Source: Podarcis liolepis (lineage: Eukaryota). Taken from it: a stretch of DNA of 64,000 nucleotides. The first letter of the stretch is position 1. Every line of letters begins with the position of its first letter. The DNA lies in NCBI GenBank assembly GCA_965112155.1, contig OZ218101.1; one strand, written 5' to 3'. Shown here one piece after another: positions 21,149 through 33,039 of the stretch. The translations under genes were made by a program, and so were the position numbers. Below the pieces are notes generated by a model that was not told the DNA's origin, ran no database searches, and saw nothing but the letters and a program-made list of their open reading frames with translations.

Positions 21149-21492
21149 ATCCCTGGTGGTCTAAAGAGAAGGCTTTGTGACATCTCTTGCAACAAACAGA
21201 GCCTGTCTCTGTTTGAATCTAACCCCCGATGGATACTTCTGTGCAGTCATGATATTACAACAGTTCTTGAAATCATGACTTACCGGAATATTGTACAGGT
21301 GCTGCTACTCCTATTTTTTCTTTCACACTCTTTGCAGTTAAAATGGGAGTTCCGTTGTGTTTTAAATTTGCACTGTAAGCAATCATTTGTGAGCTCTGGC
21401 TTTATGGGCATTGTGATAACGATTTGAATCTGCATGCCTTTAGAACATGTGGCGGAATTTATTAAAATTTCCTCTTCCTTTTCTTCTTTTAG

Positions 21493-21622
21493 TGATTCCC
21501 GTCATTTACTTTACATGCTGGAGAACACCTGGACTGATGCCAAGTACATTTTACAAATAATGTGTGAGCTCAATGTTCTTCCACTAGCCTTACAGATTAC
21601 CAATATTGCTGGCAATGTTATG
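21493..21622 (+). CDS. POLA1: POLA1 exon 21
   Basis: cttttag|TGAT...ATG|gtaaat; 130 nt; [43 protein letters not shown]. Confidence 0.96.
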
Positions 21623-21945
21623 GTAAATTTCATTTCTTAGCAAATTTACATCTCCGTTATTATATCTGATTTGAATATACAGTCTTATTCACAAAACTGT
21701 TTCCTTTACAAAAGGATATATATATTAAGCCTCATGACGGGAGGTTCATAATAGAGATGTGTTGATCAAGTCAAAGGGAGCAGATTGATGTTACAGATTC
21801 CAAGCAGAGCAAAGACAAAACGCCTTAAAGCCCAATAATACAATTTCTGAAAAATATTTAAAGCAAATGCTATTAATGCAATACCATTGTTGGCGTTTTG
21901 ATTTCTGTTTCAACCTGTAACTAATTGGCTTTTATTTCCTTACAG

Positions 21946-22065
21946 TCGAGGACGCTGATGGGTGGGCGAGCAGAGCGTAATGAATACTTGCTCCTGCATG
22001 CATTTTATGAAAAAGATTATATTGTGCCAGATAAGCAGCTCTTTAAAAAGTATCAGCAGAAGCAG
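21946..22065 (+). CDS. POLA1: POLA1 exon 22
   Basis: cttacag|TCG...CAG|gtgagt; 120 nt; [40 protein letters not shown]. Confidence 0.96.
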
Positions 22066-22699
22066 GTGAGTAATTTTTTCAGCCCCTCTACATTTGTTAC
22101 TTTTGGTTTATAGCAGGCACATTTACTGTTATGTGCACAAGCTGTGATGATCAAACTCTTGTGACACCCCTCAACTCTTCTCATCTATGCCAGGGAGTGA
22201 CAGTCGGAATTGTCTAGTTTTAGCCAGACCAGACTTTCCCATTAAGTCTGAACTTGGTGAACTCTGGTTAGTTGAAAACCTTGGCTTGTTTGAACTAATC
22301 ATAACTCTAAATGAACCAGATAACCAGAATTGTCCATGTTCAAACTCAACATGTTAATTTAAAACTGACAGTAGAAGTTTTTGACCTCCCTCTTTCCCTC
22401 ATTTTCATGCACCAGAGAAGTAATTAAGCACTAAGCTTGTCCCTCATGTACATAATGCTAAGTTATTCTTCAGTATTAGGTCTGAACCAGAATACTGTTT
22501 TGTTCTTCCACAGCACCAGAAAGTTGGTATTTTGGAGAGGTGTTTGTTTTTGGTTATGGGTTGTTGCTGCACATCTATATATATATATAGTGCTGTACAG
22601 AGAATGACAGACCCTGGGCCTGTCTAGCCTAGCACGGTCCGCACTAAGTCTCCATATAATTAGAACTTCAGTTTTGGCTTATTCTTATGTCTCATACAG

Positions 22700-22799
22700 C
22701 TGGAAGATGATGAAGATATTGAAGGTGATCAGAACAAATCAAAGATAGGTCGGAAAAAAGCAGCATATTCTGGAGGTTTAGTTTTGGATCCCAAAGTGG
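22700..22799 (+). CDS. POLA1: POLA1 exon 23
   Basis: catacag|CTG...GTGG|gtaaga; 100 nt; [33 protein letters not shown] (YxGG motif). Confidence 0.96.
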
Positions 22800-24249
22800 G
22801 TAAGAACTGCAGCTTCACTACTTGAAATGGTAGATCAAATAGAAAAGGCGATGAAGATACACTAAAATAAGTCATACAATCCTTTCTAAAGTCTTCCTAT
22901 ACTTCCTGTTCCTTTTTTTTCTAGTGAAGCACAAAAATGACGATAGTGGGATTTTTCTTATACTGCAGATTGTGAAAATACCATAGCTGTTTCTATTTTG
23001 AGAATGCAGGAACAAACATTAGCTTTAATTTAGAGAATAGTATATCTCCTCTTGAATGTGGAGGAGGAAAATGCGTACTTTATGGCAGTTATATCTAACT
23101 GAGATGTGTGGCAGTAATTCCCCCCCCCCCCCGCTTATATTGGAGCATGTGGGAAGAGAACAATTGTGTTTGAATTTGTATTTAATATCAAATACGTAAA
23201 GTGTATATAATATGAAGAATGATGATGAATAATTGGGACTTTCAATTAAGGTATGTCTTTGATAAAGGACTGGATGGGGTGTAACATGCTGATGTATAAT
23301 CCAGACAAAATAGAATTCCTGTTTATATGGGGTTTGGGTTTACAACTTTTCTAGGATGAGGCTTCACTGCGCCTAAAAGATGAGTATCTTTCAGGTTTGT
23401 GTGTACTCCTTCCATTGGCACTCTTGTAGGATGTGAAAGTAGTGTTGGTGGCATAAAGTGCTTTTCATTGAGCTTCAACTAGTTCACCCTTTGCTCTTAT
23501 GGTGCATCTCCATCTGTAAGACATACGTTTCTAGTCATACCTGGACAACATCTTGTGCCGGGGCCTTTCTCTTGCCCAGGCCACCCAGGACCTATAAACC
23601 ACCCTGGTGTGTCTATAACATGTGTTGTTAATCAGCCGGCTCAAGAACCACCTGCAGGCAACACATCAGGTGTCTTGGTCCAGATAGAGTCCAGAAGATT
23701 CAGTAGACAATCATGCCCTTCCAACTGCTCAAAATAGTGAACCTGCTGCAACTTGCCCACGTCCTCAACATGATGTCCTGAACTTAGATCCTCCTACCTT
23801 GGGCCTAAATTTTCCCTCAATCCTACTCCGATGGCTACTGTTGCTCTTCAAAGAGAAATTAGGCCACCATAAGGTTGACCTTACGCTTGACATTTAGGAG
23901 GCTTTCTGCTGGTAGACAAACTCTCACAACCTCAAGAGTTCCTCTTGAAGTTTCCATGTAGATAATTAAAATGATGGGCACTAGTCTCCATGGCTGCGGG
24001 AAATACTACCTAGCACAGATGACCTGGGGAATGACAGAAATAGGTCACAGTGTAAATTGGCTGGCTTGCAACATTTAAAAACACCATTATAGAATACAGA
24101 GTAATAAAAACAATAACAATAATGAAAATACAGGACCGTCTCTCCTGGTACGCCCCGTGGAGGACCTTACAGTCCACAAACAATAATACAGTAATACCTC
24201 TGAATGCGAACGGGATCCATTCCCAGTGACTAGCATCATCTACACCTTA

Positions 24250-25645
24250 GTTTTCGAAGGCCTGTCTGACTTAGGAAGTTCTTAGCCTCATATCTCCACC
24301 AAATGTGCCTCTGATGTTGCTGAGAACAAGACAAGGTCTTCATCTGAGGATCTTAGCACCCAGGTAGGTTTGCATAGGGAGATAAGATCTTTCAGATGGA
24401 CCCAAGCCATATAAGACTTTATAGGTCATTACCAGCATTTGAATTGTGCCCAAAAAAGGACTGGCAGCCAGTGATGTTGGTTTAACAGGGGACTAATATG
24501 CTACCTGTAACTTGGACCAGCTGAAGCTTCCAAACACTTTTGAAAGGTAGCCCTATGCAGAGTGTGTTGCATCAGTCCAGCCAGACTGTAACTAAGGCAT
24601 GCTTCACCGTGGCCAGATCAGATATCTCAGGGAATGGGTGTGTGATCCATAATTGTGCAAATGCATTCCTGGCCACCACTGAAATATGGGCATCCAGGTT
24701 CAGGGCTGAACCCAAACAAACTGCAAGTTTGAGACTTCAAGTGGAGTGTAACTTCATTGAACACAGGTTGAATCCCTGTTCTCTCATCTGCCTTGCGACT
24801 GACCAGGAACACCTCTGTCCCTACCTGAGATGGTGGTGATGATGATGATGATTATTATTTTATTATAGATTTCCTTAGTTTACAAAAGTATGTGCATTGT
24901 TGTATACAGACTAAAGTTGGGGAAGAAGAAGGGGGGCGAGGAGTGGTAAACTTATATTCTTATACTTAGGGTGTATGTGGGGTTTTTATGTCAGCGTCAT
25001 TTTGGTAGGTTCTCTTTCTGTTAGTTTTTTATATTTCCTTGGTAGTGAGAGAAGTTGGATGTGGGACCCAGGGTGTGATTGATTGTGTTTAGTTGGCTGC
25101 AATGAGGTTTGTTTGTGTGTGAAAGCTGGGGGGGGGGGGTTGTTGGGTCAAGTTAGCTAGATTGATTCATATGCTGTCGTGTCCCTACCTGAGTTAAACT
25201 TACCCAGTCCATTACTGAGATCACACACTGATTTAGAACAGAGTTGTGTGTCATCAGCATACTGATGGCATCATACTCCACAATTCTGTATGACCTCTCC
25301 CAGTGGTTTCATGTATTTGTTCAATAGCATGGAGGACAAGATGGAGTCCTGAGGTATCCCACATGTCAACAGCCACGGAGTCGACCAGGAGTCCCCAGCA
25401 CTACCTTCAGAACTTGTACCTTCTAGAAGGACTAGCGACACTGTTAAACAGTGCCCCTAAGTCTCATCCCTGACAGTGATCCAGAAGGATGCTATTGGGA
25501 GGTCCAGCAGAACCAACAGGGGCATACTCCCCCTGTCCAGTTCCTGGTGTAGATCATCCACCAAGATGATCAAAGCAGTCTCTGTTCCATAACCGGGCCT
25601 AAAGCCAGATTGAGATGGATCTAGATAATCTGGTTTATCCATTTC
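24250..25645 (-). mobile_element. Fragmented L2-type LINE, interrupted by another LINE 3' end at about 24850-25180
   Basis: Minus-strand peptide YLDPSQSGFRPGYGTETALIILVDDLHQELDRGSMPLLVLLDL (RT domains); ends about 50 nt upstream of SCARNA23. Confidence 0.75.
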
Positions 25646-25697
25646 ATTTTGTATACCGAGTATGTGTATAAAAATCCTCTCTGCTGCAGCTAATAAG

Positions 25698-25830
25698 TGG
25701 ATGCTTGCAGTTTCACATGGTGTCTCCTTTCTGTGGTGACAACTGTGCAGAAGCATCCCAGAGTAACACTGAAGCTATCTGTTCATCCCTGGATAGTTAA
25801 CAGGGTTGGATCGTTCCACTTCTGACATAT
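25698..25830 (+). ncRNA. SCARNA23: Box H/ACA guide RNA, SCARNA23/ACA12 ortholog, predicted guide for U6 snRNA pseudouridine 40
   Basis: Hairpin-hinge-hairpin-tail: 5' stem GGATGCTT(25699-706)/AAGCATCC(25751-758), H box AGAGTA 25760-765, 3' hairpin with pocket TCTG(25778-781) and TCGTTCCA(25811-818) complementary to U6 CAGA and UGGAACGA either side of U40-A41, ACA at 25825-827 14 nt below the pocket and 3 nt from the end. Human SCARNA23 is intronic in POLA1 (recalled). Confidence 0.9.
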
Positions 25831-26106
25831 CTGCACCATAGACTGGTGATATAGGGTAGTGTTTAGAAATAATGCAAGTGTTTTTCAGACCTGAATGCTG
25901 ACAGAATCACATGGACACACAATGATTTCATAATAAACCAGAGTACTTTTGAAGGAATCTGACTTTAAATGTCCCCCTCACCAATGACTCTTCACTCGCG
26001 TTCTGGTGTTCTTTTACAGAGTACTGCAAGTAACTTGTCTCTCACAGTCTCCATAGTAGGTATATATTGTAATGTGAATCTTGTGTGTGTGTATTTTTAA
26101 TTTCAG

Positions 26107-26231
26107 GTTTTTATGACAAGTTCATCTTGCTCCTCGACTTCAATAGCTTATACCCTTCAATTATCCAAGAGTTTAACATCTGTTTTACAACAGTTACCAG
26201 GGTGTCTTCAAGTGTGCCAAAAAAGACAGAG
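26107..26231 (+). CDS. POLA1: POLA1 exon 24 (polymerase region II / motif A)
   Basis: tttcag|GTTTT...GAG|gtgtgt; 125 nt; [30 protein letters not shown]... Confidence 0.98.
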
Positions 26232-27056
26232 GTGTGTGTTTAATTTGACAGGAGCTTTTAATGTTTGATTGTTAAAAAAGATCATATGTTTATATTCAAG
26301 AATACATTGAAGTCTCCTTAGACATTGCGGCTGTATTTAGTAATTGTAGTGTATTGCATGATACCATGTTTAATAGTATAATTTTTCATTATAAATTGTC
26401 TATAATCTCATGAAATCAGATTGGTTCCACCTTGACATGGAGTTCATTATATCTTCCTTTTTAGCAGCTGCATAGTATTTTTGTGACATTAAAAAGTGTA
26501 CATGGACCCTCCTTGTTTTCTTACATGCTTAGCTTATTCCCCATTTTTCCATGTAAAACTGGATCAGTCTTGCTTGCTGAAACAATTTTTCTATACCCTG
26601 TCCTTGTAAAGTTCATTAAATATGTATATAAACTATTTTTTTACATGATTTATCTGCCCGTATGCCTATGAGATGGCAACGATGGCATTGTATCATCCAA
26701 GTATTGTTCAGCAGAACTGTTGCAGACAAGGAAGGCTTTGATATTTTTTGCTATGTGTTCAAAGTGGTTTTGTATACTTCTCAGATGGTATCCAATCTGG
26801 GTAACTAGGTTACAGAACCAGGCTTAGCTTATGCCTTCAGAACATGCTTTGGCCAGCCAAGGATAGTGCAGATGTACCTTATACTCTACTTTGAGGTTTT
26901 CACTAGATATTTTGTCAATACCATTTATTTTCTTTATCTGTTTATTTAGTCATTAAATTTGTTTCCTGTTCTTTCTCCCAAAGGAGAAAAAGTCAAAGGA
27001 GTGTACTCAACTTCTGCTAGTCCAATAAAAACAAATCCACATTTTTGTGTTAATGG

Positions 27057-27540
27057 TTACCTGTCTGAGGTTACTTGGGCCACTTTCAGCCTCTGGTCCT
27101 CATGCATGCTTATGGTTTTCTTACGCACCAAGATCCTGTGTCCATTTAGGTTCCTTTCAGCTCATAGATGGGGCATGTGAACCGGAAGAGACTAGCAGTT
27201 TTAGGTTAGAACCAGGAGTTTGTCCTTGGTTGGGTGTGAAGTGCCAACTTTCCCCAAGGGGATGGTGATTAGGCCCTTAATCATGAAAACACCTTTTGGG
27301 TTATTTATATGCCAGTTTTTCACATTCCCTTCTTGGGGAAAGTAGGTGTCATCTCCCGAATGAGACGATTTGGGCACAAGACAGAGACCCACCGGGGGGA
27401 ATTCCTCCAGAGAGTAGATATCGATCTGAATGCCGATGGTTCTGGAAGGAATGGTTATCTGACCTAGTTGGGATGTCTTCTCCATTAGGGTCTTTTGAGA
27501 TAGAACCCAGCGGCATATCCTTGTTCATATGACAGGGTGG
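27057..27540 (+). other. Predicted multibranch structured RNA domain, intron 24 (3' domain)
   Basis: Hand-identified nested helices including a perfect 12-bp stem; see findings. Confidence 0.6.
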
Positions 27541-27610
27541 AAGCAGCAGTTTCAGGAATTGTTTCAGGTTATTCTGGTAGTATTAACTTGTCAAACTAAT
27601 AACTTCACAG

Positions 27611-27757
27611 GATGGAGAAGAAGAAATTCCAGAATTGCCAGATTCATCGCTAGAAATGGGAATCTTGCCTAAAGAGATCAGGAAGTTAGTTGAACGAAGG
27701 CGTCAAGTGAAACAGTTGATGAAACAGCCAGACTTAAATTCTGACCTCTACTTACAG
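27611..27757 (+). CDS. POLA1: POLA1 exon 25
   Basis: ttcacag|GAT...CAG|gtatat; 147 nt; [49 protein letters not shown]. Confidence 0.96.
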
Positions 27758-28228
27758 GTATATCTAACAGAATGAAAATGTCCATTGTTCAGAAACTAGA
27801 CCAAGATCCTGCTTGTTTGTATACATTTCTTCTCCAAGGCTAATCTTTAAATGTAAGAAATGAATATATAGGGCAATTTTTTTGCTGCTATTTCTAATTT
27901 CTGTTAGGCTAGCCTATCTTGCTTCTTATAGAAGGGGCTAAAATGAGCATCTAGATAATATTTGCCAGCGCAATTAACAGGACAGGCACCCACCCCCACT
28001 TACATGCATGCCACTCGTGGATGACTGCATTTAAATGGGTCACTGCTAAATAAGTAAGTAGATTGGACTTCAGTCGACCAGGAGCACTGGGTGAGAAGTG
28101 CCTTCTCCTCACTTCTGCCATTTCACTGGTTCACCTGGAGCCTTTGCCCCTCTACCAGATGGCCACTTGGCATTTTAACATCTCTCTTATAAGTGACTGA
28201 CTACATATGATTATATTTATATATTTAA

Positions 28229-28414
<186 letters not shown>

Positions 28415-31239
28415 TGACCTTCCCTTCTCATTTCCTCCTGGTGCACATCTGAGAAACGGACTGGGCAAGCGTTTGTTTCCCTTTGCCCTTGTGTGAATCC
28501 TGCTTGTCATTGCGTGTGAACTAGAGATTGCCGTTTATCACAAAGTCTGGTTGGTTTTGAAACGAGCCTGCTTCGAATCATGGGTTATGAACCAAAGTTT
28601 AATGCTGAGTGCAAATTTGGTTACTGAATGTTTGAGTCAGTTGTAACATTTATGAGAATGCATAAAAAGGTAAGAGCAGCTTGGCTGGATCGGACCCCTT
28701 TTACATGTATTCATCATAAGTTGTTCCATCCAGTTTCTGCATTAACCTGCAATAAAAAAGAAAAGTTGCAAATTAAATATGTATTTAAAGAGGTGCTTTT
28801 GAACATTTTCTCCAAAAAACGCACGTCCAAATGTATTTTATATAAAAATAGGCATTTTGTTACTAATATTTCATTACAATATTCACAGTTTTTAAAATAC
28901 AACACAAACTTCCTTTAACAATGCTGCCTGTACATCCAGCAATCTTTCACTTATCAAACCATGTAAGTGAACAATTAAATAATTGATTTTGATTCTTTTT
29001 TAAAATCGTTTTTAAGCTGACAATTGTATTGCAAAATTCAGAGGCGTACAAAGTTTGAAGGATAACTACATTCTAATCTACATAATTAGTTCATATCATT
29101 TCATGTTAGAATTAACAAAGAATCAGTTTCTGAAGCGGCCTTGGTCCTCTTCTGTTGCTTCCAAGCAGCTACTGCTGAGACGTGTATTGTGTCTGTAAAC
29201 CTATTCTCCATGTAACTGACTAATTCTCCATGTAACTAACTTGAAGCCATTGATAGACTTTACCTGCATTAATTTGTAAAATCATCTTTTAAAGTCATAT
29301 AAGCTAGTAGCCATTGCCACATTGGTGGCAGTGAATTCCATAAATTAACTCTGCACTGTTGATTTTGTCTATCTTGAATCGCATACTAATCAGTTTTATT
29401 TGATAAGCCCAGGTTGTTAGTATTATGGCGCAGGAAAAAACCCCACTCACTTGCCCCATATATGCATCATTTTATACACTATCTTCGTGTTCTCTTCCTT
29501 GCATTTCTTCTAACTGAAAAGCTCCAAACATTGTAGCTTTGCTGTTGTTGTAAAGACAGTGCTCCCCTTTCTGCACCTTTTTGCAGCAGTGCAGTATTGT
29601 TTATAGAATGTGGAGTGTCCTTTGCCCCCATCCTGAAGTGGGTGGAACTAACCCCACATGCTCCCAGTGGCCCTTTGCACATTCCTGAATAGAGCTACTG
29701 TTGCCATGCATTTATAGACCACAGTGGTGGCTCATGATGTTGGCTTTTTAAAAAACGACCTAGCAAGTTTGGTCAAACCATCTGCCCTAGTTAGTGGTGA
29801 AATACATTATAATATCTAGTGAGGGTCAGAAAGTGCTAAATATTTCAGCTGCCAGATTGAATCTTTAGAAAACCAGAAGGGTATGTTGTGTTTGGTGCAA
29901 TCTGGACTATTGATTGTGCTCCCAAACCTCTAATAATCTGATATTTATTGTCATGTGAGTAATCTCACTTAAATTAGAACATAATGGCTTGCTGTATCCT
30001 TTTGGAGCAAAAGTGTGGCAAACCTCTGTCTCCTTCAATACACTAGTATGTCTGAATTATTTACCAAAACTAAACCTTTTTCCTTGCTGAATAACATGCT
30101 GGTAAGTCATATTGACTTGGCCTACAGCTGTAGTTGAGTGGTAGAGTATCTGCTCCAGAGGTCTTAAGAATTATTAAAAGTTGTGTCCATATCAACCTTA
30201 ACCACCATTAATGCAATCCACATCCCCACTTAACCAAGGTTTTCAAATCAGTTTACAAACCCACATGCTCTCAGAGGGGTTGCTTGCTCTCAGTGGGGTT
30301 AAGGCCAGAACAGTGAATTATGTAGACGTTCCAGACAGTCTTCTATGTGGATTTGTGCTAGTTAGGAAAAAGATGAGGGGATAACTACACTTTATGACTT
30401 GTGGCTTTGCTTCTACATCATATACAAGGAAGAAGTTTATTTACAAAATTGGTCAGAAGGCAGTAGACACGTTCAGAAATTAGCTTGTAAGAACCTCCTG
30501 GCATAGGAAAATCTTAACTCTAAAAGTTTACATTGTTTTCTTGCAAAATATACTTCACTGGTCTGAAAGTGTCCAGTTTTGCTATTCAAATAGTTTTTCA
30601 TTGTTCCATTCAAAATTTTGCTTATTACAGCCCTGCTTGACTTTCAGCAACTTTGTACAAACTATATTAACCTTTAGCAGAAAATCTCAAGCAGAAGAAA
30701 GCATTCTGTTGTATTCGTTGTACAGTTGGCATTACTGTATATAGTTGTAGAGTGGTAATTATGCAGATTCTTCACTAGATGGCGATATATATCTTGTGTT
30801 TCTTAAAAAAATTAAGCCATTCCTGGTCACTAAATGTGAATTCTAATTATGTATAATTTGATATGACTTTAGAGATTTACAAAATTTCCTATATTATTAG
30901 AGCTTCACTGAGAATATGGGTTTTGTGCAGTTCAATCCAATAGGAGAAAACTGGTAAACTAGCAGTGCATAAGATTAGGGTAACACAAGAATATGGCTTC
31001 TGAGAAGGGTTTCTTCATAACTGTCTCCACAACATCTATTTTTCCATGTGGATAAAATTTTTGTACCCCTAACCTACAGCCTGAAATAACTGGTTGATTC
31101 TAGATTGAGTGCTAGATTCTGGCAGCTGGGAGTGGCTAGATTTGCAGTGGTCTCACCAGGAATTAGCTTCCTGATTTTTTTCTAGCTGTCATATTTGTGT
31201 TGCCTGTTGGACACACAGAGGTGGATGTGCACATCTGCT

Positions 31240-31699
31240 GCTTCTTTTTTTAAAATAATTTTTATTCATTTTCCAAACAAGTTTTATACAGTCAACAAAT
31301 TATTTTACACTCATGCTTCAATTTTTGACTTCCCTCAGTTTCTCTGTCAATCTTTCGAAAAATTTCTATTTATTGACGCATTTCTAAACATGATATTGCC
31401 TTTCCCCACTCCTTTTCCTCTTACTCTCTTTTTTGCAGTATTTCTTACTATTTCACAGAGTCTCTTCAAAACCAACAAGCGTTGTCTGTGCATCACATAT
31501 ATTTTTCAGATATTCTGTAAATTTCCCCCAGTCCTCGATAAAACTTTTGGTCTTTCTGATATCGAATCTTCCCAGTCAATTTGTCCAATTCTGCATATTC
31601 GGTCAATTTCCTTCTCCATTCTTCCACTGTTGGAATTTCTTCCTGTTTCCATCTTTGGGCCAGAAGTATCCTTGCGGCAGTCACTGCATATTGAAACAA
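31240..31699 (-). mobile_element. 5'-truncated L1-clade LINE
   Basis: 17-bp TSD GGATGTGCACATCTGCT (31223-239, 31700-716), T-rich tail at left, peptide AARILLAQRWKQEEIPTVEEWRRKL typical of the reptile L1 ORF2 C-terminus. Confidence 0.85.
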
Positions 31700-32780
31700 G
31701 GATGTGCACATCTGCTTCACCCCACCAAAGCACACTACACAGTCCCATTACTTTTACAGCAAACCCCTGCAGTTCATTTGCAATGCAACCAGTTCCTTCA
31801 ACACAGACTGAACACTTGAAGGGCTCACAGCAGAGATTTTGAAAACCTACATTACACTGCCATTACACTGAAGTGAAGAAACGAACTGATGCAGTCCAAG
31901 TGCTTCTCGGGAGCTTCTTAGGAGAGGTGCAGCCCTTCGCATCGCCTGCAGTTATTACTTGAAACCACTCAGTGATATACTTCCCATCTTGGAGACAGTG
32001 CTTTGCTTGGCTAAAGGTGTGCTAGCTAGAGAGACTGTCCTAATAAGGCAACAAATCCCACTTCCAGTTTTGTCTTCATATTTTCTCTGGCAACAGTGGT
32101 TGACGTAGGGAACTTTGGCTCATTTTATCTGTTTATCCTACCCAAGTGATGTATGCCATTACAGTGACCTTCTGTGATTTATATAGTTGAAACTGGTTAA
32201 TGAATAGGCAAAACCAGATGTTAAAAGTGGAGAGAAACCTGTGGGTCAATAATCTTGTTTGTTCTGTTACCACACTTAAGGAAAATATGTTTAGGAAATA
32301 GATACAGCATGAAGCTGCTGAGTTGAATGTTGTTCACTGTTGTGGCATGATTTCTTTTAGCTTGAATAGACATTGAATTTTGTTATAGTTGCTACAAACA
32401 GTCATTATGGATTATTTAGTGTCATGTAAATTGAGCACCAGCCAGCGAGTTTTGGGATAAGCCAAGAATGATTGACTCCTGGTAACTGAATCTTATTTCT
32501 TCGATTCATTACACTATACTGCTGCTTGCAGTATTTGTTCTTTCCATCTTTTTAACCTTACCTTATATAACAAATTATAGTGGCCACCACAAATTCCTAT
32601 CTTCTGGAACCTCATTTGTACATATCCAGCATCCTAGTGTATTGACTTCAGGCTTTGAAGTAGGCAGAGATAACCTGTCCATGGATCCCCTGATCCCTAT
32701 AGCAAAAACAATAACAGAAGGCAGCTTATGATTTTCATTCCTTTGTCCTGAATCAAAACAGATTGGTAGGTATTTGTAAG

Positions 32781-33018
32781 TGTGGTGTAGTGGTTAAGAG
32801 CGGTAGAGTCGTAATCTGGTGAACTGGGTTCGCGTCTCCACTCCTCCACATGCAGCTGCTGGGTGACCTTGGGTGAGTCACACTTCTCTGAAGTCTCTCA
32901 GCCCCACTCACCTCACAGTGTGTTTGTTGTGGGGGAGGAAGGGAAAGGAGAATGTTAGCCGCTTTGAGACTCCTTCGGGTAGTGATAAAGCAGGATATCA
33001 AATCCAAACTCTTCTTCT
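32781..33018 (+). mobile_element. tRNA-derived SINE (Squam3-like)
   Basis: Box A TGGTGTAGTGG, box B GGTTCGCGTCT, GGGTGACCTTGGG core, (CTT)n tail; older relative at 57125-57345. Confidence 0.8.
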
Positions 33019-33039
33019 CTAAGGAGCTGGAGTCAAATG

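Noticed and set aside
22230-22490. Palindrome-rich segments here and at about 10880-11150, 38320-38570 and 51370-51510
   Set aside because: They resemble old dispersed palindromic repeats that recur in the window, so they were not counted as unique structured domains.
26654-26687. Resemblance to group II intron domain V (GCCCGTATGCC..GAGA..GGCAACG)
   Set aside because: No AGC/CGC catalytic triad, no domain VI, wrong position, and no group II introns are known in vertebrate nuclear genes.
27057-27540. Telomerase RNA, RNase MRP or HCV-like IRES identity for the intron 24 domain
   Set aside because: No CTAACCCT template or H/ACA end; only short chance-length matches (GGGGAAAGT, GATTTGGGC).
31195-31842. 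215-aa ORF, the longest in the track
   Set aside because: Antisense reading of an L1 fragment bounded by a 17-bp TSD.
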